DNA of 64,000 nucleotides from Candidatus Eiseniibacteriota bacterium (lineage in GTDB: Bacteria > Eisenbacteria > RBG-16-71-46 > CAIMUX01 > VGJL01). The stretch spans positions 1,344,001 through 1,408,000 of the forward strand of contig CAWBWI010000001.1 in assembly GCA_963792585.1 (NCBI GenBank), written 5' to 3'. Position numbers and translations under genes: made by a program. The notes below the pieces were generated by a model. It was not told where the DNA came from. It did not search any database and saw only the letters and a program-made list of their open reading frames with translations. Positions 27,124 through 37,385 of the stretch are shown piece by piece. The first letter of the stretch is position 1. Each line of letters opens with the position of its first letter.

Positions 27124-28503
27124 CTATTGCGCGACGTATTCGATCAAATCGAAGCGGGTCAGGATCCCGATGATCCGGTCGCCGTCCACGACGAGCAGCG
27201 CTGCGTCTCGCTCCGCCAGCTTGCGGGCGGCTTCGGCGACGGCGGTGTCGGCGGCGATCCGGGGCAAGGGCGGCTCCATCCTGGAGGACACGGTGTCTTC
27301 GAGGTGCATGCTGCCTTCGATCAGACCCGCCATGAGGTTCGACTCGAGCACGGTCCCGACGAAGGAGCCATCGGGGCCCTGCACGGGCAATTGCGACACG
27401 TTGTGCGCGCGGATCAGGCGAAGAGCCTCGCGGATCGCATCCTCGCCGCGGACCGACACGAGGGAAGGCAACGCCGCTCCCTTGGCCCGCACGACGTCGC
27501 CGGCGCGCGCCGCCTCGGGGTCGACCATCCGATTGTCGCGGAGCCACTCGTCGTTGTGGAGCTTGCTGAGGTAGCGCTCTCCGGTGTCGGGGATCAGGAC
27601 GACGACGACCTGGCCCGCCTCCATCGTCTCTGCGATTCGGAAGGCGGCCTCGACGGCAGTTCCCGCCGAGCCTCCGCAGAGGATCCCCTCCTCACGCGCG
27701 AGCCGCCGGGCGATGCGGAATGATGAGCGGTCGTCGATGGTGAGGATCTCGTCGATCACACTGAAGTCGAGGGTGCCGGGGATGATGTCCTCACCGATTC
27801 CCTCTACGAGATAGCTGCGCGCCGGCCCATGCTGCCCGCTCTCGAACACCTCGCGCAGGATCGATCCGTCGGGATCGGCGCCGACGATGCGGATCTTCGG
27901 GTTCTTTTCCTTCAGGAACCGGCCGGTTCCGGAGATCGTTCCGCCCGTGCCCATCCCCGCGACGAAGGCGTCGATCCGGCCACCGGTCTGCTCCCAGATC
28001 TCGGGACCGGTCGTCATGTAGTGGATCTCGGGATTGTCGGGGTTGAAGTACTGGTTGGCGAGGAAGGCTCCGGGGATCTCGCGCGAGAGACGCCGCGCGA
28101 CCTCGTAGTAGCTCTCCGGCGAATCGGGGGGGACGGCGGTCGGGGTCACGATGACGCGCGCCCCGTAGGCCTTGATCAGGTTGATCTTCTCCCGGCTCAT
28201 CTTGTCGGGCATCGTGACGATCAGCTTGTAGCCCTTGACGGCCGCTGCGATCGCCAGCCCGCATCCGGTGTTGCCCGAGGTCGACTCGACGATGGTCCCG
28301 CCGGGCTTCAAGAGCCCCGCCTTCTCGGCTTTCTCGATGATGTGGACCCCGATGCGATCCTTCACGCTCCCGCCGGGATTGAAGTACTCGACCTTTGCCA
28401 GAACCAACGGCTTGAGCCCCTGAGCGACCCGATTGAGTCTGACCAGGGGGGTGTTACCGATCGTCTGAAGGATGTTCTCGGAGTAGGTGTGCCCAGGCTT
28501 CAC
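27124..28503 (-). CDS. cbs: Cystathionine beta-synthase with C-terminal CBS domains
   Basis: NPGGSVKDRIG, ESTSGNTG, GMGTGGT, EGIG, PDTGERYLSK plus a CBS pair. Confidence 0.93.
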   Translation of the reverse strand: MKPGHTYSENILQTIGNTPLVRLNRVAQGLKPLVLAKVEYFNPGGSVKDRIGVHIIEKAEKAGLLKPGGTIVESTSGNTGCGLAIAAAVKGYKLIVTMPDKMSREKINLIKAYGARVIVTPTAVPPDSPESYYEVARRLSREIPGAFLANQYFNPDNPEIHYMTTGPEIWEQTGGRIDAFVAGMGTGGTISGTGRFLKEKNPKIRIVGADPDGSILREVFESGQHGPARSYLVEGIGEDIIPGTLDFSVIDEILTIDDRSSFRIARRLAREEGILCGGSAGTAVEAAFRIAETMEAGQVVVVLIPDTGERYLSKLHNDEWLRDNRMVDPEAARAGDVVRAKGAALPSLVSVRGEDAIREALRLIRAHNVSQLPVQGPDGSFVGTVLESNLMAGLIEGSMHLEDTVSSRMEPPLPRIAADTAVAEAARKLAERDAALLVVDGDRIIGILTRFDLIEYVAQ

Positions 28504-28558
28504 GTACTTCTCCCTCCGCCACGCCCGGGCCGGGGGGAAACTACCCGCGCGGTGCCGA

Positions 28559-29914
28559 TCAGTGCTTGATTTTCGTCATGTAGGCTGCGAAATCCCAGCC
28601 CTTCGCCTTCCCCCACTCCCCCGTGTGGCACGCCGTACACGTCGCTTCCGTGATCGGCGCCGCCTTGTCGCCACGCGCATGCTGCGTTCCGATCGCGTGG
28701 CAGGATTCGCATCCGACATTCCGGAGATCCGGCTCTTTCAAATTCGCCGTGTAGCCACCGGCCTGTCCCGAGCCGGTCACATGGCAGGAGACGCACTGCG
28801 CGTCTGCCTGCTTCTGCTGGTTCTCGAGCACTGCGAAGGCGGTCGCGTGAGGCGTCGTGCGCCACTGCGCGTACTGCTCCTCATGGCACCGCTGACACTT
28901 CTCGCTGCCAAGGAATTTGTCCGAGGAGATCTTGGATTCGATCTCGGAAGCCTTCTTCTGCTGATCGACCTTGAGCATCTCCTTCGCCTGATCCTCGATT
29001 TGCTTGATCTGGGCCGTGATCTCGGCCTTCTCCGGGTAGACGGAATCGAGCGACGCATTGCGCGAGCCCCACTCCGCAACCTTCCCTGCCGGATCCACGA
29101 TCAAGACGAGTTCCCCAACGAACTGGCCCCGAAGCCCCGTCTGCTGGACGATGGTGTTCGTGGACTTTTGCGCCCGATCGATCCAGGCGGGCTGGCGGCC
29201 ATCGAGGGCCACGTCGATTCCCGGAACCTGCTTCAACAGCTCATCGGTCTCCTGCGGAGACATCTCCGACATCAGGACCACGATCTCGGCCTGCTTGCGC
29301 AGATCCAGCACGGACGCCCTGGCGACCGTGAGGGGGTCCTGCGGCCGGAATTCGATCCCTGCCGGAGGCTTGGCGGAGGAAACCTCGGCCGCCCCGATCA
29401 GGGAGAAGAATCCAACCCTCACCCCACCGATCTCCATGACATGGCTCGGCAGACCGGCGGGGGACTCCTTACCGTTCTCCACCACCGTGAGGTTCGTCGC
29501 GATCGATTTGATCGGGCTCGCCGAAACGAGCTCCCGGTAGAGAGTCCAATTCGTCAGTTCCCGGACGCCCGGAGTCGATGCGTTGTACCCCATCTGCTCC
29601 ATGAGCTTCCAGATGAAGCGCGTCTTCAGATCCCCCACCGTGAGCTCCGTGTTGGTGAAATCACCGAGGTCCACGAGGGCAAAGTCCTTGTTCCGCGCCC
29701 GGAGAGAGTCGATCAAGCTGGCCCGACGGGCCAGTCCGCCCTTCTGGCTAGAGTGTCACCCACAGGGGGCGAGTTCGCCGTTCGAACCGCCGAAGGAGAT
29801 CAGCATCACCTCTGCGTTCGTTTCCCGGCGATCGCTGCCCATCAAGCCGGCGCACCCGGCAAGGAGGGCGATACCCAAAAGGGCGAGCGTGGCGCGGCTG
29901 AAAATCCGCAACAT
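28559..29914 (-). CDS. UshA-like selenoprotein lipoprotein fused to a tetraheme cytochrome c (c554-like); in-frame TGA at 29756-29758 read as Sec53
   Basis: The two track ORFs are in the same frame; read-through gives ELAPCG-U-HSSQKGGLARRASLIDSL...VDLGDF; lipobox LAGC; CQRCH, CVSCH, CESCH, CTACH; GGAGG RBS. Confidence 0.85.
29718..29734 (-). promoter_or_regulatory. Candidate bacterial SECIS hairpin
   Basis: CTGGCCC-GTC-GGGCCAG; the loop starts with GU, 28 nt 3' of the UGA. Confidence 0.6.
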
Positions 29915-29972
29915 CCCAATTTCCTCCGTGTTCGCGGCCCGAGAAGACGGCCCTGAGCCCAACAGACAGAAC

Positions 29973-30001
29973 AGGTTACCACCCATCATCGGCAGGTTCA
30001 A
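29973..30001 (-). promoter_or_regulatory. sigma70 promoter of the selenoprotein gene
   Basis: TTGAAC-N17-TAACCT with an extended -10 TG. Confidence 0.55.
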
Positions 30002-30040
30002 GCTCTCCGCTGAGGCTGGAACTCACCGCGGCAAAGGCGG

Positions 30041-33000
30041 CTAACGGCGCTGCCGCTCCCACTTCACGTCGGGTAGCGACTTGACGTTAATGCGGAATGA
30101 GTACTCCGAGTTCCCTCCGGACATCCGCTTGTCGAAATGCATCTCCCAGCAGTGGAGGTCTCGATCGAGCGAAAGGGACTGCGAACGGATCTCCCGACGC
30201 CGCACATCGTAGTAGATGCTGTAACCAACGTGCCAGTTCCGAGTTGGAGCGAGACTCGTCGTGACGTTCAAGGCGTTCTGCTCGCTGGAACGGAGCGCTC
30301 CCCGCGTGTAGCTGTGGCTCATGGAGAGGGTCCAAGGTCCGCCGTAGGAGCCGGTCGCCTCCCCCGGACGACTCCGTGACTTCCCGGCCTGCCCGAAGCT
30401 GCCGTATTCGTCCTGCTGAGATCCACCCATCGAATCGCTTGGAGCGCCCCCACCGCCGCCCGAGATGTTGAACGTCGTCTGGACGGAGAGGGCCAGCATT
30501 CGCCGCGAGTAAGGATCGTGGGACAGGCTGACCGAGTTCTCGACGAATCGGGACGGCTTGAGCCGCATCGAGTTGGCGATCGTGCTCAGAGGGTGCTTCG
30601 CCTTCAGGAAGTCGTAGCTCGTCGAGGTCGTCAAGAGGATCAGGTTGTCGATCCGGTTCGGTTTGTGCGGGTCCTCTCCCCGCGTCTTCAGGTGAAAGCG
30701 CTGGGTCATCGAGAAGGAGGCGGCGCTCGCCTTCGATCCGGAAATCGAGATCCCCCCGACCGACGGGAATGCCGGCACGAGGCTCCCCGCCTCATTGCGG
30801 TAGCGCAGGTACTTCAGATCGGGCGCGAAGCGGTAGGTGACCGAGGGTTCGACGACATGGCGCAGCCCCACCAGGGGTCCGGCATTGATGGGGAACGTGC
30901 CATAGAGCGTGCTGCGGGCTGAGGCCCCCGTGTCCCACGCACCCGCGAATGCGTTGTTGCGCGCGCGAACGTCTCGGCGGAACCAGACCCCATTCGCCGA
31001 GATCGAGGGGGCGAACTTGACGAAGTTGCCGATCGAGCGGCTGTCGGTCAGCCCGGTGGAGATGCGGGCGGCCTGATTGTCGGTCATCTTCCCGCCCCAG
31101 GGCTGCAGGAAAGCGCTCCGGTACGAGGCGGAGAGGCGCGTGTAGACCGTCGACAGGAACGGCAGGCGCCCCCCACGGCCGCGATCGTCCGGCTTCGTTC
31201 CGATCGCGAAGGAGTTCAGCGCGTAGTCGATCGAGGGGATGTTCTGCTGGACCCGGTAGGAGGACGATGCCTTGTCCAGGTTCTCCGTTCGATCCGCGGT
31301 CAGCGAGATGCTCGACGTGGACCAGTTCTTCCGCAAGTCGACGTTCGAGCGAAGGATGCGATTCAGCCGCTCGTCGACGGACCCCCCGAAGGCCTGGTCG
31401 TCACGGTAGCTGGCGTCGCTCACGAAGTTCATGAGGAACTTGAGGGTCGACCGATCGCCGAGCTGCTGATCGTGATTCCCTCGCAGGTCCCATCGGGTTC
31501 TCTTCGTGGCGTCGCCGGTTTCCTTCGAGTAGGAGCCGAAGAACTGCCCGGAGAGGACGTAGCGAAGACGGTAGCGAACCTGGGAATTCAAGATCCAGCG
31601 TGGGCTCTGCTCGTAGTAGTCGCCCCAGACCATCGCGTCGCTATAGTCGTTGGGCGCCAGATAGTAGCCGATGTTCCGGAGGAAGCGTCCGCGGTTCTGA
31701 CTGAAACCGAACTCGATGTCGGGCATCAGCACGCCGGAATGACGCCCCTTTCGGATCGGGAAAACCCAGTAAGGGAGCGCCAGGACCGGGATGTTCTTCA
31801 TGTAGAGGAAAATCGGGCGCGCGACGACTCGTTCTCCGAGGCGAATCTTCATTCGGGACGAGTGAAAGTGATAGTGAGAGGTGTCGGCGTCGCAGGTGGT
31901 GTAGTCCCCGCCCTTGACGAGGAGGATCTTGCTGTCGACCCGCTTGATCTCCTCGCCGTCGTAGTAGCCGCCGTCGAACTCGGTCTTCCCCTGGTAGACG
32001 AATCCCTGCCGGCTGTCGAGCCGGTAGACCATCCTCTGGCCGACGAGTTCGCTGGTAGGATCTTTCAAGGTCGGTTTCCCGAGCGCCGTGACCCGATCGC
32101 GCGCGGCGTCGTACACGATTTCCTCCGAGTCGAGGGCCAGGTTCTGGTAGCGAACCTTCCCGTGACCCCGGACGACGATCGTGCGCTTGGGCACGAAGAA
32201 CGAGACGCTGTCCCCCTGGTAGGCGACCCGTTCGGCCGGATCGAAGGGGCCCGCCCGCGCGAGCGAGTCGGGTGAAGCGCTCTCGGCGCCGGCGAGGAAC
32301 CGCTCGGTGGTGCGTGCAAGATAGAGCGAGTCGGGCAGGGCCGCGACAGTGGTGTCCGGTTTCTCGCGCGGGAGGATGTACTCACCGCTCGCGTTGCGCT
32401 CCAGGTCGACCCGTTTTGCCTCTCCCGATTCGAGCCAGACCCGGATTCGGTCGCCTCGAGACTCGTTCTGGCCGACGTCCTCCTTACGGTCCTGAGGGGA
32501 CGGGATGTAGAGGCTGCGGGCGTGCCCGTTGACCTCGATCGCATAGACGCCGGTGGAATCCATCAGGGCGATCAGGGTGTCGCCGACGACGAGGTTGTGC
32601 TCGCCCGGCTTCGCGGACGGCTGGTAGAGGACCTGCGCGCGGCCAAGGACCTCGAGGCGTTCCGCCCGCCCCGCACCGAGGACCACGGCCATCGAGTCGC
32701 CCGTCACAACCCCGTCGGGATCGATCGCGTGCGGTTCGTCGCGCAAGCGCAGGAGGTCGCGGTTGAAGTCGAACTGGGCGCGGCCGCAGGTCGCGGTCAC
32801 GCTCCCCCGATGGATCCTCACATTGCCGAGCGCCTCTCCATAGGAGTTTCCCTTCTCCATCCGAAGCGTGTCCGCTCGGAGGTCCAGGTCCGCCTCGCCA
32901 TCGCGCCCCTCGCGGTGGAGCCGCGGATTTCCCGTGACGATCGTCACGTCCGTGACGCGATCGATCTCGCACCTGCGGCCGGTGATCTTCGCCGCCTCGG

Positions 33001-33532
33001 CGGCATCGACGATCACGACGCTGTCCGTCGCGACGGCCCTGCGCGTGGGCGTGTCGTAGACCAGGCGCCGTGCCCGCAGAATGCGTCCCGCATCTTCCAG
33101 ACGGACGCTGTCGCGCAACTCGAGCTTTCCGGATTCCCTCCAGTACCAGAGTTCGTGCGCCTCGAAGCGCCCCTCGGGACCTTCTCCCCGCACGTTCCCC
33201 GTCATGATCGCCAGGCCCTGTCTCCGGTCGAAGCTCGCGCGGTCCGACCTCACCGTGCGGACGGAGTCGCGCAGGACCACGTCCGCGGTCAGATTCAACA
33301 GGTCGTCCTCGCGATACCAGAGTCCCTCGCGCGCGGTCACGACCGTGCTTCCTTGCTCCGCCCGCGGCGAAACGAGCGTCGTCACGCCGGCCCGCGTTCC
33401 TTCGAGCCGCTCCCCCGTGATCGTCCAAGGCTCGTCCGCGAGGTCGCCCGGCGCTTGCGCGAAGGCCCCCGAGGCCACGAAGAAGACGATCGCCGTGAGC
33501 CAAGAGCGAATCATCGCGAAGGCGACTCCCAT
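30041..33532 (-). CDS. lptD: LPS assembly protein LptD with extended OstA-like N-terminus
   Basis: Signal peptide, repeated OstA jelly-rolls, YTTC...HYHF, RHSGVLMP, RDLHCWE, C-terminal barrel. Confidence 0.88.
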   Translation of the reverse strand: MGVAFAMIRSWLTAIVFFVASGAFAQAPGDLADEPWTITGERLEGTRAGVTTLVSPRAEQGSTVVTAREGLWYREDDLLNLTADVVLRDSVRTVRSDRASFDRRQGLAIMTGNVRGEGPEGRFEAHELWYWRESGKLELRDSVRLEDAGRILRARRLVYDTPTRRAVATDSVVIVDAAEAAKITGRRCEIDRVTDVTIVTGNPRLHREGRDGEADLDLRADTLRMEKGNSYGEALGNVRIHRGSVTATCGRAQFDFNRDLLRLRDEPHAIDPDGVVTGDSMAVVLGAGRAERLEVLGRAQVLYQPSAKPGEHNLVVGDTLIALMDSTGVYAIEVNGHARSLYIPSPQDRKEDVGQNESRGDRIRVWLESGEAKRVDLERNASGEYILPREKPDTTVAALPDSLYLARTTERFLAGAESASPDSLARAGPFDPAERVAYQGDSVSFFVPKRTIVVRGHGKVRYQNLALDSEEIVYDAARDRVTALGKPTLKDPTSELVGQRMVYRLDSRQGFVYQGKTEFDGGYYDGEEIKRVDSKILLVKGGDYTTCDADTSHYHFHSSRMKIRLGERVVARPIFLYMKNIPVLALPYWVFPIRKGRHSGVLMPDIEFGFSQNRGRFLRNIGYYLAPNDYSDAMVWGDYYEQSPRWILNSQVRYRLRYVLSGQFFGSYSKETGDATKRTRWDLRGNHDQQLGDRSTLKFLMNFVSDASYRDDQAFGGSVDERLNRILRSNVDLRKNWSTSSISLTADRTENLDKASSSYRVQQNIPSIDYALNSFAIGTKPDDRGRGGRLPFLSTVYTRLSASYRSAFLQPWGGKMTDNQAARISTGLTDSRSIGNFVKFAPSISANGVWFRRDVRARNNAFAGAWDTGASARSTLYGTFPINAGPLVGLRHVVEPSVTYRFAPDLKYLRYRNEAGSLVPAFPSVGGISISGSKASAASFSMTQRFHLKTRGEDPHKPNRIDNLILLTTSTSYDFLKAKHPLSTIANSMRLKPSRFVENSVSLSHDPYSRRMLALSVQTTFNISGGGGGAPSDSMGGSQQDEYGSFGQAGKSRSRPGEATGSYGGPWTLSMSHSYTRGALRSSEQNALNVTTSLAPTRNWHVGYSIYYDVRRREIRSQSLSLDRDLHCWEMHFDKRMSGGNSEYSFRINVKSLPDVKWERQRR

Positions 33533-34827
33533 AGGGGATCGAGAGGGGCGATCCCCATCCGCGCCATCACTTCCCCGACCGTGAAGAAGGAGCCGGTCAC
33601 GAGGATGGTCTCTCCGGGCCCGGCGGACTCGGTCGCGGCGACGATTGCGGCGGCGGGGTCTGCGTGCAGACTCACGGGGATTCCCAGCCCCTCAGCGGCG
33701 CGCGCGAGTTCCACGCCGGGAAGCCCTCGCTCGTCGCGTGGAGTGCAGGCGTGGAGGTGGACCGACCGCTCCGTGAGGGGACGGAGGAATCCCTCGAAGT
33801 CCTTGCCCTGGAGCATCCCGACCACGAGGCGGGTGGGCCCTTCGCCGCGCGCGGCAAGTGTGCGCGCAAGGAAGCGCGCGCCATCGGGATTGTGCGCCAC
33901 GTCGGCGAGCACCCGGGGCGTGGAGGACAGGAGACTCATGCGGCCAGGCCAGTGCGCCCGGCGCATCCCCCGCGTGATCGCTCCCGCGTCGGGTCGACTC
34001 GGCGCGGGGGCGAGAGAGAGCGCCAGCGCGGCGAGCGCGGCATTGGCGATCTGGTGCGGGCCGGCGAGGGGCAGATCGATCGTCAACTCCTCCGCGGGGC
34101 CCGGTTGCCCCGGCCGGGCGGCGAGACGGAAACGGCTTCCATCCGGGGTCGTCTCGATGGCCCGGGTGCGGATGCAGCGTCGCCGTTCGTAAAGTGGACA
34201 GCCGACGTCGCGCGCTCGGCTGCGCAGGACCGCCACGGCGTCGGCGGCCGAAACGCCGATCGCCGCCGGCGTCCCCGACCGCAGGATGCCGGCCTTCTCA
34301 CCCGCGATCGCCTCGCGCGTATCCCCGAGGATCTTCATGTGGTCGAGGCCGATCGAGGTGACCACGTTGACCACGGCGCGCACCGGGCGCGTCGCGTCGA
34401 GCCTACCGCCGAGGCCGACCTCGACGGCTGCGGCCTCGACCCCGCGCTCCCGGAACCAGAGGAAGGCGAGCAACGTGGTGGCCTCAAAGAAGGAGAGCTC
34501 CCATCGTTCGATCGAACCCCGGATCCTCCCCGTCAGGTCCGCGACCTCGTCGGGGGTGATCATGCCCCCATCGATCCGCATCCGCTCGCGGAAGTCGATC
34601 AGGTGCGGCGAGGTGAAGAGCCCGGTTCTCAAGCCCGCCGCCTGCAGCACGGAGGCAATGAGGACGCTGGTCGATCCCTTGCCGTTGGTTCCGGCGATCA
34701 GGAACGCGGGAAAGGACTCCTGCGGATCGCCGTGCTCCCGAAACGCGCCGACGACGCGGTCGAGGCCTAGACGGACCCCACGCCTCTCGAGGGAGAAGAG
34801 ATAGGCAGTCGCGGCCTCGTAGATCAC
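33511..34827 (-). CDS. folC: Folylpolyglutamate/dihydrofolate synthase
   Basis: IAGTNGKGS, FTSPHL, EVGLGGRLDAT, DVAHNP, TGSF; GTG start overlaps the accD stop. Confidence 0.95.
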   Translation of the reverse strand: MIYEAATAYLFSLERRGVRLGLDRVVGAFREHGDPQESFPAFLIAGTNGKGSTSVLIASVLQAAGLRTGLFTSPHLIDFRERMRIDGGMITPDEVADLTGRIRGSIERWELSFFEATTLLAFLWFRERGVEAAAVEVGLGGRLDATRPVRAVVNVVTSIGLDHMKILGDTREAIAGEKAGILRSGTPAAIGVSAADAVAVLRSRARDVGCPLYERRRCIRTRAIETTPDGSRFRLAARPGQPGPAEELTIDLPLAGPHQIANAALAALALSLAPAPSRPDAGAITRGMRRAHWPGRMSLLSSTPRVLADVAHNPDGARFLARTLAARGEGPTRLVVGMLQGKDFEGFLRPLTERSVHLHACTPRDERGLPGVELARAAEGLGIPVSLHADPAAAIVAATESAGPGETILVTGSFFTVGEVMARMGIAPLDPLWESPSR

Positions 34828-35687
34828 CGGGAGCGGTTCGGTCGGCTGTTCCAGAAGTGGCGCAGGATCCGGCCGACCTCCGCGCGCATTTCCTTGCGCG
34901 GCACGATGCGGTCGATCATTCCGTGCTCCAGCAGGAATTCCGAACGCTGGAAGCCCTTCGGCAGCTCTTGCTTGATCGTCTGCTCGATCACGCGGGGACC
35001 CGCGAAACCGATCAGCGCATTCGGCTCGGCAATATTCAGGTCGCCGACCATTGCGAAGCTCGCCGTGGCGCCTCCGGTGGTCGGGTCGAGGATGATCGAA
35101 AGGTAGAAGATCCCTTTCTGATCGAGGCGTGAGAGCTGTGTCTGCACCTTCGCGAGTTGCATCAGGGAGAGCACTCCCTCCTGCATCCGCGCACCGCCCG
35201 AGGCGGATATGATGATCAGCGCGATCTCCTCGGCGTAGGCGAGGTCGACCAGGCGGGCGATCTTCTCCCCAACGACCGAGCCCATGCTCCCGCCGAGGAA
35301 GCTGAAGTCCATGACCCCCAACGCGACCGGGGTTGTCTCGATCCGCGCGCGACCCGTCATGATCGCGTCGTTGTGGCGCGTCTTGGCGCGGGCCTCCCGG
35401 ATCCGGTCGGGATAGGGCTTCGAGTCGACGAAGCCGAGCGGATCGATCGATACGACCTCGGGCCACATTTCCTCGAACGAATTGGGATCGACGAGGAGGG
35501 CGATGTAGTCCTCGGCCGAGATGCGGAAATGGTGTCCGCACAGGAGGCAAGTCCAGCTGTTCCGCTCGACCTCCTTGCGGTAGAGGATCTCGCCGCAGCC
35601 GCCGCACTTGATCCAGATCCCGTCGGGGACTTCCTTCTTCTGCTGCTCCGGCTTGCCCGCATCCTTCCCCTTGGTCAACCAGCTCAC
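34824..35687 (-). CDS. accD: Acetyl-CoA carboxylase carboxyltransferase beta subunit
   Basis: Zn finger, GGSMGSVVGEK, GGARMQEG, PTTGG, GFAGPRVIEQT. Confidence 0.97.
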   Translation of the reverse strand: MSWLTKGKDAGKPEQQKKEVPDGIWIKCGGCGEILYRKEVERNSWTCLLCGHHFRISAEDYIALLVDPNSFEEMWPEVVSIDPLGFVDSKPYPDRIREARAKTRHNDAIMTGRARIETTPVALGVMDFSFLGGSMGSVVGEKIARLVDLAYAEEIALIIISASGGARMQEGVLSLMQLAKVQTQLSRLDQKGIFYLSIILDPTTGGATASFAMVGDLNIAEPNALIGFAGPRVIEQTIKQELPKGFQRSEFLLEHGMIDRIVPRKEMRAEVGRILRHFWNSRPNRSR

Positions 35688-36229
35688 GCGTGGGCCTCCT
35701 GCAACCGCAACGATCGGACCATCACCAGAGCATCCTCCCGCGGGTTGTTGTAGTAGTTGCGCCGAACCCCTCCGACGACGAATCCGTTGCGTTCGTACAG
35801 GGTGATCGCCCCCTGATTGCTCACCCGGACCTCGAGCACGATCACCCGGCTCCCCCGCAGGTAGGCCTCACGGAAAAGGTGATCGAGCATCGCCTGCGCA
35901 TGCCCCTGCCGTCGCGCCCAGGGGGCGACCCCGATGTTCGCCAAGTGCGCCTCGTCCTCGATGAACCAGGCGATCATATAGCCTGAGAGCTGCCCGCCGA
36001 TGCGAACGATCCGGCACCAGCTCGTCGGCTCTGCCCTCAGTTCGGCCTCGAAGCTCGCGCGCGACCAAGGGTCCCGGAAGCAGACCTTTTCCAGCTCCGC
36101 GACTTCGGAAAGGTCCGACATGGTCATCGGCAGCCAGTCGGCCGGCGCTTTCCCGGAGCTCGGACCCCAAGGTTCGCCCTCCGGCCCCCCTAGCGTGGGG
36201 CTATGACTGTCGTCTCGGCTTTCGAGCAT
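35684..36229 (-). CDS. rimI: Ribosomal protein S18 N-acetyltransferase
   Basis: DPWS, EAHLANIGV, LEVRVSN, RRNYY, EDALVM; start approximate. Confidence 0.9.
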   Translation of the reverse strand: MLESRDDSHSPTLGGPEGEPWGPSSGKAPADWLPMTMSDLSEVAELEKVCFRDPWSRASFEAELRAEPTSWCRIVRIGGQLSGYMIAWFIEDEAHLANIGVAPWARRQGHAQAMLDHLFREAYLRGSRVIVLEVRVSNQGAITLYERNGFVVGGVRRNYYNNPREDALVMVRSLRLQEAHA

Positions 36230-36917
36230 CCGCATCCCGCAGGTATCGAGGCGTCCGTCCCTCGAGCGCGCGACCCACCCCGACAACCCGTTCGGGATCC
36301 ATCCCCAGGGCCGCCAAGTGGGAGGCCCGAGCCGGCTCCACGGGTCCAATCCAGGCCCGGGACCCGAGTCGGAGACGGATCGGTTCCGCGAGGGAATCTA
36401 GCGCATCCCCAACGAAAAGCAAACGTTCGCCGGGCAGGCAAGCTAGGCGCCCGAGCGCCTCCTCGACCGGAAACGAACCAGGCTCGATCCTGGGCAAAAG
36501 CGCGGCCCCACTCCACTCGTAGACTGCGCCGTAGACCAGCCCCCGCCGGTGTCCCGAAAGCACCACGACGGGAACCCCGCTTAACCTATGAGGATAGGCC
36601 AGGACCTCGAGGCTGGGGACCGCGATCACGGGGCATCCCGCCGCATAAGCGACGCCGAGGGCCGCAGCCATTCCGACGCGAAGGCCTGTGAACGAGCCTG
36701 GCCCCTCATCGTAGACAACCCGATCGAGATCCCGGGGTGCGATCCGCAGATCCTCCAGAAGCCGCCGGAGGCTCTCCAGGAGCACTTCGGTGCGGGAAAC
36801 CCTCGTGTCGAGCGCGACCTCGCCCAGGATCCCGCCTTCCGCCGCCACGGCGACTCCGGCCAGGAACCCGGAGGTCTCGAAGGCGAGGAGCCGCCCGGAA
36901 AACCGGGCCTCGGTCAC
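36201..36917 (-). CDS. tsaB: tRNA t6A biosynthesis protein TsaB
   Basis: LAFETS, GPGSFTGLRVG, P.YLR; GTG start overlaps the tsaE stop. Confidence 0.92.
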   Translation of the reverse strand: MTEARFSGRLLAFETSGFLAGVAVAAEGGILGEVALDTRVSRTEVLLESLRRLLEDLRIAPRDLDRVVYDEGPGSFTGLRVGMAAALGVAYAAGCPVIAVPSLEVLAYPHRLSGVPVVVLSGHRRGLVYGAVYEWSGAALLPRIEPGSFPVEEALGRLACLPGERLLFVGDALDSLAEPIRLRLGSRAWIGPVEPARASHLAALGMDPERVVGVGRALEGRTPRYLRDADARKPRRQS

Positions 36918-37378
36918 CGGAGCCTCCAATTCGTGATCGCCTTCCCCGGCAGCCAACCCCGGAGCGTGATCCGCCGCCGCGTGGGGCCTTCGGGGGCAAG
37001 CTCGACCTCGATGGCGCCATCGGGGAGGATATCGTCGAAACGATCGCTCCATTCCACGAGCGTCAGGCCGTCGGTCTCCATCGCTTCCTCCCATTCCCCC
37101 GCGGTGCCCTCATCGAGAGCATCCAGCCTGTACAGGTCGAGGTGACGGATCGGCAGGCGCCCTCGATAGACATGGAGAAGGGCGAAGGTCGGGCTGCGGA
37201 CCCGGCCGTCGTAGCCGGCGCCGCGTGCGATACCCTGGACAAGCCGTGTCTTTCCCGCCCCCAGAGGGCCCACGAGACCGACCACCGCGCGGCTGCGCAG
37301 GGCCGCCCCGAGACGCTCGCCGAATCGCAGCGTCTCTTCCTCGGAGTCGGAAACGGCCTCCACGATGAGGCGGCGCAT
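36914..37378 (-). CDS. tsaE: tRNA t6A biosynthesis ATPase TsaE
   Basis: GPLGAGKT, VRSPTF, HLDLYRL, VEW. Confidence 0.95.
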   Translation of the reverse strand: MRRLIVEAVSDSEEETLRFGERLGAALRSRAVVGLVGPLGAGKTRLVQGIARGAGYDGRVRSPTFALLHVYRGRLPIRHLDLYRLDALDEGTAGEWEEAMETDGLTLVEWSDRFDDILPDGAIEVELAPEGPTRRRITLRGWLPGKAITNWRLR

Positions 37379-37385
37379 CGGCGCC

